This document shows, one piece after another, positions 1-9,292 of a DNA stretch of 64,000 nucleotides; position 1 is the first letter of the stretch; each line of letters begins with the position of its first letter. This stretch comes from Candidatus Latescibacterota bacterium. Its GTDB lineage: Bacteria; Latescibacterota; UBA2968. The position numbers and the translations under genes were made by a program. Where the stretch lies: contig OZ242195.1 in assembly GCA_965205975.1 (NCBI GenBank), positions 3,584,001-3,648,000 on the forward strand, read 5' to 3'. The notes below the pieces were generated by a model. It did no database searches. It was not told where the DNA came from and saw only the letters and a program-made list of their open reading frames with translations.

Positions 1-1250
1 GATATATCTGAGATGTTGTTTCTGAAAAGACTCAGCGATAGCAGGCTGTTCAAGCCGGAGAGTGCAGATATATCCGAGATGTTGTTGCCAGAAAGAAGCA
101 GTGATGTCAGGCTGGTCAAGCCGGACAGAGGTGTGATGTTCGAGATGCTGTTGTTGTCAAGATTCAGCGTTCTCAGACTGGTCAAGCCGGACAGTGAGGA
201 CACATCCGACATGCTATTGCTGCGAAGAAACAGCCGTATCAGATTGGGCAAGCCCGACAGTGAAGACACATCTGAGATGCTGTTAAAGGAAAGCCCCAGC
301 CATGCCAGATTGGTCAAACTTGAGAGTGGGGACACATCCGAAATGCTGTTGTTTTCAAGATACAGCTGTTCCAGATTGGTCAAGCCGGACAGGGGCGAGA
401 GGTCAGAGATGCTGTTGTTGTAAAGAATCAGCCGTTCCAGCCTGATCAAGCCCGATAGTGCGGACACATCCGAGATGCCGTTGTTGTTAAGATACAGCCG
501 TTCCAGATTGGGCAATCTTGATATAGCACCAGATAGTGCAGAAAGGTCTGAGATTAAATTGCCGCCAAGAGCCAGCCTTGTCAGGTTGGTTAAGCCCGAT
601 AGGGGCGAGAAATCGGAAATATGGTTACTATTAACATAACCCACACCAGACACCAACTCTGTGCCGAGGTTCAAATTCGTCAGACTGGTTGCCAACTCAA
701 GCCCGGTCAAATCCCTGATGTTCGCGTTCGGCGCCTCAAGTTCTGACAAAAATGCCATCTCAAAATCGGTGAGCGGATCATCTGATGCCTTGCCCATAGC
801 GATCTTAATCGCCGCACGCAAGTTGGCATCCGGGATATTTGCTTCTGACAGGTTGGACAGACGCGACAGTACTGACCTGTCCCTGATCATAGTATCGTCG
901 TAAAGAAACAGCACTGACAGGTTGGTTAAGCCTGATAGCGGTGTGATATCCGAGATGCTATTATAGGAAAGATTCAGCGTTGTCAGGTTGGTCAAACCCG
1001 ACAACGGCGAGATATCTGAGAATAAATTGCTGGAAAGGATCAGCACTGTCAGGTTGGTCAAACCCGACAACGACGAGATATCTGTAATGGTATTATAGGA
1101 AAGATTCAGCGTTGTCAGATTGGTTAAGCCCGACAGAGGTGTGAGGTCCGAGATACTATTATCGGAAAGAATCAGCACTGACAGGTTGGTTAAGCCCGAC
1201 AACGGTGTAAGGTCGGGAATGATATTATCGGAAAGGTTCAGCGATGTCAG
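1..1250. repeat. Degenerate 66-bp tandem repeats encoding 22-aa LRR units
   Basis: Recurrent ggttggt(t/c)aa(g/a)cccga...tc(c/t)gagat motif at ~66-nt spacing, in two blocks separated by the second cap (~700-850). Confidence 0.9.
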
Positions 1251-2120
1251 ACCAGTTGCAAATTCGAGTCCGGTCAAATCGCGAATATCCGAGTTCGGTG
1301 CCTCAAGGCTTGTCAAACTCGCCATCTCTGCCCTGCTGATCGACGCACCACTCGCCTTACCCAGTGCGAACCCGATTGCTGCGCGCAGGTTCGCATCCGG
1401 AATGGTAACCTCTGTTTCCTCGCTACCGCTACCGGCCTCCTTGCCAAAGCTACTGCTAAAGAGCAAAAAATCGCCAAAGCCAATCGCGCCATCGCTATCC
1501 AGATCGTACTTCGCTTCATATTGTCCATCGCCCTGACGTGCCCCAAACTGACCCGCAAACGCCAAAAAGTCGGCAAAATTAACCACACCATCGCCATTAA
1601 AGTCTGGCGTAACGGCTTGAAACTGTAATTCAATGCGAATATCCAGATTCACAGTCTCAAATTGCCCACCCCGACTGAGTTCTGCACGCACCAACCGGAT
1701 CGCTGTGCCAGAAAACGCGGCTGTCGTGCGAAAGCGAACGGTACCCACCAGACCGCTATTGACAGTTGCTTGACCACCCAGAGATGCAATGCCAATTTCG
1801 ACAAAACCTGTACCTTCCTCTGGGAGTGCCTGAGCATTGGGCAAGACGACATCGCTGGCATCAAAGCCCCTGTACACAACCTGACTCGCGTCGTATTCAA
1901 AGCGCGCATTAAGGCCGTTTGCATTCTGAATACCTGTGCCAAATATCTGAATGGCGACAATTTGATCTGCGGACACATTGACGGACATAACCGCCTGGTC
2001 TCCCGCCGCACCATTTACATCCAGCGAGAGGGAAAAGCTATTTTGTGCCGAAAGAGACAGCGGGGACATCAGAAGCGCGAGTATTGATAAAATTGATAGA
2101 TTCCGCATCGGGTTCTCCAT
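1..2120 (-). CDS. Secreted internalin-like leucine-rich-repeat protein with an N-terminal cohesin-like domain and a dockerin/EF-hand pair; 3' end runs off the window
   Basis: Missing from the ORF track because it has no stop in the window. Manual translation from ATG 2120 (or 2108) gives signal peptide MRNLSILSILALLMSPLSLSA, a beta-rich ~140 aa domain, DFNGDGVVNFADFLAF...YDLDSDGAIGFGDFLLF, then two caps (IPDANLRAAI..LGKAS) each followed by 22-aa LRRs (LxLSxNxISDxxPLSGLTNLT). Confidence 0.9.
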   Translation of the reverse strand, partial: MENPMRNLSILSILALLMSPLSLSAQNSFSLSLDVNGAAGDQAVMSVNVSADQIVAIQIFGTGIQNANGLNARFEYDASQVVYRGFDASDVVLPNAQALPEEGTGFVEIGIASLGGQATVNSGLVGTVRFRTTAAFSGTAIRLVRAELSRGGQFETVNLDIRIELQFQAVTPDFNGDGVVNFADFLAFAGQFGARQGDGQYEAKYDLDSDGAIGFGDFLLFSSSFGKEAGSGSEETEVTIPDANLRAAIGFALGKASGASISRAEMASLTSLEAPNSDIRDLTGLEFATGLTSLNLSDNIIPDLTPLSGLTNLSVLILSDNSISDLTPLSGLTNLTTLNLSYNTITDISSLSGLTNLTVLILSSNLFSDISPLSGLTNLTTLNLSYNSISDITPLSGLTNLSVLFLYDDTMIRDRSVLSRLSNLSEANIPDANLRAAIKIAMGKASDDPLTDFEMAFLSELEAPNANIRDLTGLELATSLTNLNLGTELVSGVGYVNSNHISDFSPLSGLTNLTRLALGGNLISDLSALSGAISRLPNLERLYLNNNGISDVSALSGLIRLERLILYNNSISDLSPLSGLTNLEQLYLENNSISDVSPLSSLTNLAWLGLSFNSISDVSSLSGLPNLIRLFLRSNSMSDVSSLSGLTSLRTLNLDNNSISNITPLSGLTSLTSLLLSGNNISDISALSGLNSLLSLSLFRNNISDI

Positions 2121-2147
2121 GAGTTACAATTTTAAAGCTAACCGCCT

Positions 2148-2834
2148 TTAATTATTAATCGCCTGTCGCGCCGCTTCCAGGAACGCTTCGTAGTTCCGAG
2201 AACCGCGCAATACGCGGACAATCACGCCTCTGGCGTCCAGGAACAGCGAGGTGGGATAGGACGAGACCTCATACGCATTGCGCGCTTCTCCTCCCGAGTC
2301 GAGAACAAAAGTCCAGGTATAGCCATATCTTCTGATAAAACGCAGCTCCTGGATGCGCGTGTCTCGTACGCCAATGCCGACGATCTGAATGGAGTCACCC
2401 ATAGTATTTTGCAACTTTTGTATATCGGGCATTTCGGCAACACAGGGAGAACACCAGGTTCCCCAGAAGTTGAGAAACACGGGCTTGCCGCGTTGTTCAT
2501 AGAGATTGAACGATTCGCCCGTGAGGGTTCTCAGCGTAAAGTCAGGGGCCTGCATCCCAACTCGAATGCCAACGGGAGCGTCGGTGGTTGGTGGAGGGGG
2601 TGTGATTGTCTGCCCGTAGAACTGGGCAAAAATGACAAAGTCCCGAAAATCGACTGCGCCATCTCCGTTCAGGTCAAACTGGGTCCGGGTTGTCCCATAC
2701 CCCTGTGAAAATGCGATAAAGTCGGCAAAATCCACTTTGCCGCTGTTGTTGAAATCGCAATCTGAAGCGGTTGGTGCTGCGTGTACACAGGCAGGCAGGA
2801 GCAGGAAAAGCAATGTCATGGCATACTTAAACAT
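2148..2834 (-). CDS. Secreted dockerin/EF-hand + TlpA/ResA-like thiol-disulfide oxidoreductase
   Basis: Signal peptide; DFNNSGKVDFADF...FDLNGDGAVDFRDF; Pro/Thr linker; APDFTL...FLNFWGTWCSPC...YPTS thioredoxin fold. GGAGG lies 7 nt upstream of ATG 2834. Confidence 0.88.
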   Translation of the reverse strand: MFKYAMTLLFLLLPACVHAAPTASDCDFNNSGKVDFADFIAFSQGYGTTRTQFDLNGDGAVDFRDFVIFAQFYGQTITPPPPTTDAPVGIRVGMQAPDFTLRTLTGESFNLYEQRGKPVFLNFWGTWCSPCVAEMPDIQKLQNTMGDSIQIVGIGVRDTRIQELRFIRRYGYTWTFVLDSGGEARNAYEVSSYPTSLFLDARGVIVRVLRGSRNYEAFLEAARQAINN

Positions 2835-3088
2835 GAGCATACCTCCAGAAAATGCGAGCGTATTCATTTCTATGTAATGATATTATGCGAAATAATTAGC
2901 AGTATTTTTGACACCCACAATCGGACCACCCACAAACACTTCTTCTCCCAGCGGATACCTACACCAGGCGTCAAACTTTTCCATCAGGCCACAGAGTATG
3001 TCTCAGTCTTACTCCTCCACCGCGGGCTTCGACGCGCCAAAGTTCACAACAACCCCTCTATCCTGAAGGAAATATGCATTCTGTGTGA

Positions 3089-5329
3089 TTACGATAAGTT
3101 CTCCACCGCCTCAACAAGTGTCTCTGCCGTAATCCCAAAATGTGCCCAGGTCGCTTCGAGACCTTCCGACGGCGCAATCCTCGGATCTGTAATCCCCACA
3201 TGCGCGTGGGCAATGCTGCACGACGAACCCACCAGGCCCGCAAACCCGCGCAAACCCGTCTCAGGCGTCCCAATTTTTCCATCTTCAATCGTCGCCACAC
3301 CCTCGTAATTCTCCAGCACCTCATCCAGCGCCCCATCGGGCAGTGGCAACCCATTGACCACATACACATCTGTCGGATTCCCTTGCGCCAGCAAAACCTC
3401 GGCAGCTTCCGCACCCAAAAAAGCCGGCGCGCCAAAAGCCAAAATCACATGCCTTGCCCCATCGTATTTGCGATAAGTCGTAATCGGCTCCCACGCCTCT
3501 CCCGGATTCCACAAATGTCCCGCCCCATCCTGCTTTTGCAAAACCGGCAAACTCGAATCGCGCGGCACCCCAATAATATGCCCGCCGTAATGCGCCGCCA
3601 TATCCTTCACCGCCAAAAACGCCACACGCGCATCCGCCGGTGCGTAAAACCGGTGCAAATAGGGCAAATACGTCAACCCCACATTAATCCAGTCAAGTCC
3701 CCAACCCGAAAAGTGATCGCGCCCTGTACACGCCCCCACATGAGAGAGATGAAACACCACGTTAATACCCTCATTCACCCCATTCAAATTGCGCTGATAC
3801 TGCCACATATCAAACCCCTCGCGCGCAATCCCCTCAAAAAACGCGGCAAAAGTCGAAACCACATTGAGCTGTGGCTCGTGCGAACTCATCGCCAGACCAT
3901 TGGCAATAAGCGTTGCCGCTTGCTCCTCAATACTCATCTCAAACTGGTGATCATCTGACAAATGTGCCCGAGCAGCCGCCAACTTTGTCGAAGGATCCAA
4001 ATCGCAACTCACCACAAACACGCGATCGGGATGCGCCTCAGCCACCAGAGCATAAGCCGCCGCTGCACCATCGCGCGGACTCGCCTTCTCGGTCGGCAAA
4101 TCAGCCTCCGCCGCCTTCCCCGCCGGAATCTCCAAATTCGCACTACCAGGTACTGGCCGCGCCCTCGTAATAACCGTGCGCGACCCATTCTGCCGGAGCG
4201 TTGCAAGCGCCTCGGCCTGTTCAGCCGTCGCCTCAAACATCGCCCCACCGAGCACCTCTGCCTCAACGCGCCCCTGCATACTCCCATCGTGATGATTCTC
4301 TCCACCCGGCAAATCATTCACCAAAAACAAACACTCCAACATCGGCTCTGTATCCCGAAAACTCATCAGCGACCCCGGGATCCACACCTGCTTATCCATC
4401 GGCACATCGTGTTGCGCGGCAAACGCCTCCACCGCCTCAGTCACCCCATAGCGCTCACCAAAAGTCCTCAGCGTCACATCCTCCCCGGAAAACCCCGTGG
4501 GATAAATCAGACTCGGCCTGCCCTCCTGCGCGAGACCATACCCCTCTCGATAAGCCCGATAAAGCGCGGCATTATCGTGAAGCGACGCAACCTCCAGCAC
4601 TTCCACACCCATCGCAGAAATAGCATTTCGCGGATCCACATCCATAATACTCGCCGTACTACCCGACAACTGAATGCCATTGCGGTGCATCACATAAGTA
4701 ATCGGCGCACCGTGTACACTCGCCCCATTAAACCCATTGAGACCCTGCCCTGAAATCCATCCCGCATCCCCGCAATGGGCAATCACCCACGCATCGTCAT
4801 ACAATGCCTTCTTGCCCAAAGCCAGCCCCACAGCCACCGGAATCATCACCCCCAAACGCCCACCATTGAGCTGTGTCCCCCCCGGCAACCATGCCACATG
4901 CCCGGGAAAATCCAACCCGCGCCGAAACCGCTCAACAACGCCCTCTGCCTCCACAAAACCAAACGCCGCCAGCGCCGAATAATACCCGACACTCGTATGC
5001 GCGTGCTCAATCGTATAAGTACGCGTATCGTAATCCGCCACAGACAGCGTCATCAGCAACCCCGGGATCAATTCCAATCCCCCGCCCAAATGATCCAGCT
5101 CCCCAATCTCTGCCAACGACGATAGTGCCTGAATCGCCGTGCGTGCACCCTCAATTTGCAACGCCGTCAACACCCGGTCTTCCGCCTCACCAAGTCCCTC
5201 AGTCGCCGCAATATCAATATGCAGTCCCAGAACATCGGACGCGATCTCATCCCCGAGAAATTGCGTATCCTTCAACAGCGCATCATTGCGCTCCCCTTGC
5301 CTTTCTGCCAACGCCTTCATATTCGACAT
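3089..5329 (-). CDS. Divergent single-chain transketolase-like TPP-dependent enzyme
   Basis: DHLGGGLE, FPGH, GDAG...N TPP-binding-like motif, SIEEQAA, STFAAF, C-terminal TIEDG...HFGIT. Start chosen at MSNMK after GGGGAG. Confidence 0.75.
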   Translation of the reverse strand: MSNMKALAERQGERNDALLKDTQFLGDEIASDVLGLHIDIAATEGLGEAEDRVLTALQIEGARTAIQALSSLAEIGELDHLGGGLELIPGLLMTLSVADYDTRTYTIEHAHTSVGYYSALAAFGFVEAEGVVERFRRGLDFPGHVAWLPGGTQLNGGRLGVMIPVAVGLALGKKALYDDAWVIAHCGDAGWISGQGLNGFNGASVHGAPITYVMHRNGIQLSGSTASIMDVDPRNAISAMGVEVLEVASLHDNAALYRAYREGYGLAQEGRPSLIYPTGFSGEDVTLRTFGERYGVTEAVEAFAAQHDVPMDKQVWIPGSLMSFRDTEPMLECLFLVNDLPGGENHHDGSMQGRVEAEVLGGAMFEATAEQAEALATLRQNGSRTVITRARPVPGSANLEIPAGKAAEADLPTEKASPRDGAAAAYALVAEAHPDRVFVVSCDLDPSTKLAAARAHLSDDHQFEMSIEEQAATLIANGLAMSSHEPQLNVVSTFAAFFEGIAREGFDMWQYQRNLNGVNEGINVVFHLSHVGACTGRDHFSGWGLDWINVGLTYLPYLHRFYAPADARVAFLAVKDMAAHYGGHIIGVPRDSSLPVLQKQDGAGHLWNPGEAWEPITTYRKYDGARHVILAFGAPAFLGAEAAEVLLAQGNPTDVYVVNGLPLPDGALDEVLENYEGVATIEDGKIGTPETGLRGFAGLVGSSCSIAHAHVGITDPRIAPSEGLEATWAHFGITAETLVEAVENLS

Positions 5330-5470
5330 AGTCTCTCCCCAGCCAGTGATAAACAGATCGTCATACGGTAACACTTGTAAAATAAACGTTCACCCCACAA
5401 CAATCCAGAAAAATCCCATACACAAAATTCTGGCATCCATGCCCTGTCTATATTATGTTTTATTCTTTCC

Positions 5471-5496
5471 GGGCGACCACAGGGGGTCGCCCCTAC
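5471..5496. repeat. GTAG-type REP palindrome
   Basis: gggcgacc-acaggg-ggtcgccc-ctac; related copies at 24390, 40781 and 40827. Confidence 0.75.
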
Positions 5497-5528
5497 GAAA
5501 AATCACACTTCCATCCAAGGAGCTTACC

Positions 5529-6302
5529 ATGCCACACACCATGATCGCCGCACAAATGTACACCGTACGCGACTTCACCAAAACCATCTCAGACATTGTC
5601 GAATCCGTCAAAAAAGTAAAAGCCATTGGTTACGACGCCATGCAAGTCTCCGGCTTTGGTCCCATTGACCCCGCAGAACTCAAACAAATCGCCGATGACA
5701 ACGATATTGAAATCTGTGCCACACACACCGGCTTTGACCGCATGCGCGACGACACACAAGCCGTCATAGACGAACACCACCTCTGGAACTGCAAATACCC
5801 CGCCATCGGTAGCCTCCCCGCGTCTTATCGGGAAGACGGCGAAGCCGGTTATATCCTCTTTGCCAAAGACGCTACCGAAGTCGGTCGCAAACTCGCCGAC
5901 GCGGGCTTGACCTTTGCGTATCACAACCACAACTTTGAATTTCAAAAATTCGGCAACCGCACCGCCCTTGAAATCATCCTGCAAGAAACAGATCCCAAAG
6001 CGGTACAACTCGAAATCGACGTATATTGGGTACAGGCAGGAGGAGGCGACCCCGCTGAATGGATCCGCAAAGCCAACACCCGCATAGACCTCGTCCACGT
6101 CAAAGACATGGCCATTGAAGGCCGCGAAACTCGCTTTGCCGAAGTCGGCGAAGGCAACCTCAACTGGCCCGCCATCTTTGAAGCAGGCCGCGAATCCGGC
6201 ACGCGCTGGTACATCGTCGAACAGGACCGCTGCTATGACCGCGACCCCTTCGACAGCCTCAAAATCAGCTACGACAACCTCCGCGCCATGGGTCTATCAT
6301 AA
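5529..6302 (+). CDS. Sugar phosphate isomerase/epimerase (xylose isomerase-like TIM barrel)
   Basis: AAQMYTVRD, YHNHNFEF, LEIDVYWVQAGG, HVKD, VGEGNLNW, IVEQD. AAGGAG precedes ATG 5529. Confidence 0.9.
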   Translation: MPHTMIAAQMYTVRDFTKTISDIVESVKKVKAIGYDAMQVSGFGPIDPAELKQIADDNDIEICATHTGFDRMRDDTQAVIDEHHLWNCKYPAIGSLPASYREDGEAGYILFAKDATEVGRKLADAGLTFAYHNHNFEFQKFGNRTALEIILQETDPKAVQLEIDVYWVQAGGGDPAEWIRKANTRIDLVHVKDMAIEGRETRFAEVGEGNLNWPAIFEAGRESGTRWYIVEQDRCYDRDPFDSLKISYDNLRAMGLS

Positions 6303-6324
6303 TCCTTTCATCCCGGAGATCCCC

Positions 6325-6834
6325 ATGCCTTACACAGATCACATTGAACAGGCCAAAGACCCCGTCACCTGCGCAGTACTCACCATCAGCGACACGCGCA
6401 CCGAAGCCGATGACAAAAGCGGCAAAATCATAAAAGAACTGGTCGAAGCCGCCGGTCACAGCATCGCTTTTTATCGCGTGGTCAAAGACGAAGCCGACCA
6501 GATACGCGCGCTCATCAAACAAATCGCCGAAAAAGGCGAATGCCACGTCATCCTCACCAACGGAGGCACCGGCATTGCCGCGCGCGACACCACCTATGAA
6601 GCCGTCACAAGCCTGCTCGACAAACGCCTCGATGGATTTGGCGAAGTATTTCGCTTTCTCTCATGGGAAGACATCGGATCGGGCGCCATGCTCTCGCGCG
6701 CCGTAGCAGGCGTGTACAAAGACACTATGATCTTCTGCATGCCGGGATCATCCGGAGCCGTACAGCTCGCCATGGAAAAACTCATCGTACCTGAGCTATC
6801 GCACCTCGTATGGGAAATCTGGCGGCAAAAATGA
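6325..6834 (+). CDS. moaB: Molybdenum cofactor biosynthesis protein MoaB/Mog family
   Basis: LTISDTRT..DDKSG, ILTNGGTGIAARDTT, GFGEVFR, SRAVAG, FCMPGS. Confidence 0.9.
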   Translation: MPYTDHIEQAKDPVTCAVLTISDTRTEADDKSGKIIKELVEAAGHSIAFYRVVKDEADQIRALIKQIAEKGECHVILTNGGTGIAARDTTYEAVTSLLDKRLDGFGEVFRFLSWEDIGSGAMLSRAVAGVYKDTMIFCMPGSSGAVQLAMEKLIVPELSHLVWEIWRQK

Positions 6835-6890
6835 ACGCGGATGAAAAACCACAGGTATCCGCAGATGGACGCAGATGGACGCAGATGAAA
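6832..6890. repeat. Short tandem 10-mer repeat element (ACGCAGATGG family)
   Basis: gtatccgcagatggacgcagatggacgcagatgaa; related inverted copy at 60181-60250. Confidence 0.65.
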
Positions 6891-6915
6891 GGCGATATGT
6901 AATCAAGGAAATGTC

Positions 6916-9291
6916 ATGAATAATCTCGTGAAGATACTTTTTCTTCTTCTGCTCTTCTTCCAAACGGCAGACGCGAAAACGGACTGGGTAAACTGGGGAG
7001 GTCCCAACAGAGACTTCAGAGTCAACGACGCGGGCATCTTCCCCTCTGATCAACCCTACGCCTTGAAAATCGTCTGGAAGAAGCCTCTCGGCGCTGGCTA
7101 CTCACCCATCTCGATTCTCGGCGACCTCGCTGTAACCATGTATTCCGATGAAACCTTCGATTACGTCATCGGCCTCAATACAGAAGATGGATCAGAACGT
7201 TGGAAATACAAAATTGGTGCCGCATATCTCGGTCACTACGGCTCGCAAAGCGGTCCCCTATCAACGCCGATATTGACAGAAGACAAAATCATCGCATTAG
7301 GCCCCCGGGGAAAATTATTCGCACTCGATGCAAATACAGGAAAAGAACTCTGGAAGATAGACCTCGTCGCAGCCCATCGTGCAACAGTGCCATTTTGGGG
7401 CTTTACATCATCCCCAATTTTACACGACAATCGCCTGATCGTTCAAACGGGAGGAACACATGCAGTCTCCGCTTATAATCCCGCATCTGGCGATTTGATC
7501 TGGTCGGCATTTAGCGACTCGGTCAACTACCAATCGCCTGGCCTATTCGCCTTTGATAACCGCAAACACCTCGTCTTCTTTGGCAACAAATATCTCGCGG
7601 GCTTATCTCCCGAAACCGGTGAAGTCCTGTGGCAATTTGCACATCGCGGACAGACCGGCGCAGGGCATACCAGCGGGCATCCCGTCGAAATTGGCGAAGG
7701 GCGATATTTTGTAAAAAACGGCGGCATACTAATCGGCTTGAGAGCCAATAACGAAACCTTTGCCGCAGAGGAAATCTGGCGGACGCGCCACATTCGGGGG
7801 ACGTACAGCTATGCGGTATTTAACGCAAAATTTCTATTCGGTTATAACGGCCGCATACTCACATGCATCGATGCAAACACCGGAAACCGCTTATGGCGAT
7901 CGCGCGAGCCGGGAGATGGCTTCCCCATCATCATAGATAACCACCTCGTAATCATGACAAAAGAAGGCAACCTCGCCATCGCACAGGCTTTGGGCGACGG
8001 CTATCGGGAAACAGCCCGTTTGAAACTCTTCGACGACATTGTTTGGTCACATGCCAGCCTTGCCAACGGCAGGTTTTACGCGCGCAGCATGTCGGAAATC
8101 GCCTGTATCGAAGTCGTACCAGAAACGCAAATAGCGGAATCAGACACAGAAGCCATCGCGCCAAACTCTCTTTTTGCACAATTTGTCGAAAAAGTAAAAC
8201 AATCCACAGACAAAAAAACGCAGATCGATCACTTCATGGCCCAACAGAAAAACTTTCCAATCCTCGAAGGCGAGAATCTCGTGCATTTTGTATATCGCGG
8301 AAAAGCGGAAGACGTCACCATAACTGGTGATCACGTAGGGCGGCGATACGACCACCCCATGCACCGAATTGAGGAAACGGATTTCTTCTATTCCACCGCA
8401 CAACTCGAACCCGACGCCCGCATCACCTATCGCTACACCCTGGACTTACAGCGATCCATCCCCGACCCGCTCAACCCACTACAGATCCGAACCCTCTTCT
8501 TTGGCCGCGCATCCTATTTCGGCATGCCGCGCTGGCGTGCTCCCGACCATCTCAAAGCGCGACCAGATGGTATTCACGGCAAAATTGACACCATACATTT
8601 TGAAAGTGCGGAAATTGGGGGACAGCGCAACCTGGAAATCTATCTCCCAGCGGGTTATCATGAAAGCAATGAACAATACCCCGTCGTATATGTCCACGCC
8701 GCGCGCCGGCAGTGGTCGCTGGGAAAGGTGAATGTCTCGCTGGACAATATCATCGGCAAGCGCGTGCGCCCCATCATTGTAGTCTTTGTCCCATCTCTCT
8801 TCAGAGGTGGATACGCAGAGTACGTAGGGGCAAACCGCGATGCGTACAATCGCATTTTTACAAATGAGATCGTGCCCCACATAGACCGGACATATCGCAC
8901 CATCAAAAGCCGCGAAGACCGGGCAAATATCGGGACAATTTACGGCGGATTTATGGCATTTTACGCCACCTTTACACATCCCGACATATTTGGCAAAATA
9001 GGCATACAATCCCTATCCTGGGATCAGACCGCAGAAGCCAAAGATGCAGACCTGATCTTTCAGGCAACAAAACATAAGCCCATAGATATTTATCTGGACT
9101 GGGGAAAATACGACTTGCGAAGCCCAATGGAGGGAAATGATCTGGGCAAGAGCACGGCATCGTTTGCCCAACTACTAAAAAAGAGAGGTTATACCTTTAC
9201 CGGGGGCGAAGTAAACGATGGCGCTGGTTGGGCGAGTTGGCGAAACCGAACGGACAAAATATTTGAAACGCTTTTTCCCTTCTCGGATTGA
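6916..9291 (+). CDS. Secreted PQQ-like beta-propeller fused to an enterochelin-esterase (Fes)-like alpha/beta hydrolase domain
   Basis: Signal peptide; WVNWGGPNRD, GAGYSP, repeated ALDAxTGKELW blades; then VHFVYRG...DPLNP, IYLPAGY...YPVVY, RPIIVVFV, EIVPHIDRTY, IYLDWG. Confidence 0.85.
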   Translation: MNNLVKILFLLLLFFQTADAKTDWVNWGGPNRDFRVNDAGIFPSDQPYALKIVWKKPLGAGYSPISILGDLAVTMYSDETFDYVIGLNTEDGSERWKYKIGAAYLGHYGSQSGPLSTPILTEDKIIALGPRGKLFALDANTGKELWKIDLVAAHRATVPFWGFTSSPILHDNRLIVQTGGTHAVSAYNPASGDLIWSAFSDSVNYQSPGLFAFDNRKHLVFFGNKYLAGLSPETGEVLWQFAHRGQTGAGHTSGHPVEIGEGRYFVKNGGILIGLRANNETFAAEEIWRTRHIRGTYSYAVFNAKFLFGYNGRILTCIDANTGNRLWRSREPGDGFPIIIDNHLVIMTKEGNLAIAQALGDGYRETARLKLFDDIVWSHASLANGRFYARSMSEIACIEVVPETQIAESDTEAIAPNSLFAQFVEKVKQSTDKKTQIDHFMAQQKNFPILEGENLVHFVYRGKAEDVTITGDHVGRRYDHPMHRIEETDFFYSTAQLEPDARITYRYTLDLQRSIPDPLNPLQIRTLFFGRASYFGMPRWRAPDHLKARPDGIHGKIDTIHFESAEIGGQRNLEIYLPAGYHESNEQYPVVYVHAARRQWSLGKVNVSLDNIIGKRVRPIIVVFVPSLFRGGYAEYVGANRDAYNRIFTNEIVPHIDRTYRTIKSREDRANIGTIYGGFMAFYATFTHPDIFGKIGIQSLSWDQTAEAKDADLIFQATKHKPIDIYLDWGKYDLRSPMEGNDLGKSTASFAQLLKKRGYTFTGGEVNDGAGWASWRNRTDKIFETLFPFSD

Positions 9292-9292
9292 T

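Noticed and set aside
13..2087. Plus-strand ORFs 13-423, 661-903, 1120-1536 and 1662-2087
   Set aside because: Antisense shadows of the minus-strand LRR gene, whose translation has clear motifs.
2870..3085. Intergenic stretch checked for an ncRNA or small gene
   Set aside because: No recognisable RNA motif or convincing ORF with an RBS.
5139..5528. Long N-terminal extensions in the ORF track (also 6115, 31028, 48394-49446, 49154-50335, 58035-59363)
   Set aside because: They overlap neighbouring genes or REPs; downstream starts with RBS or family-typical N-termini fit better.
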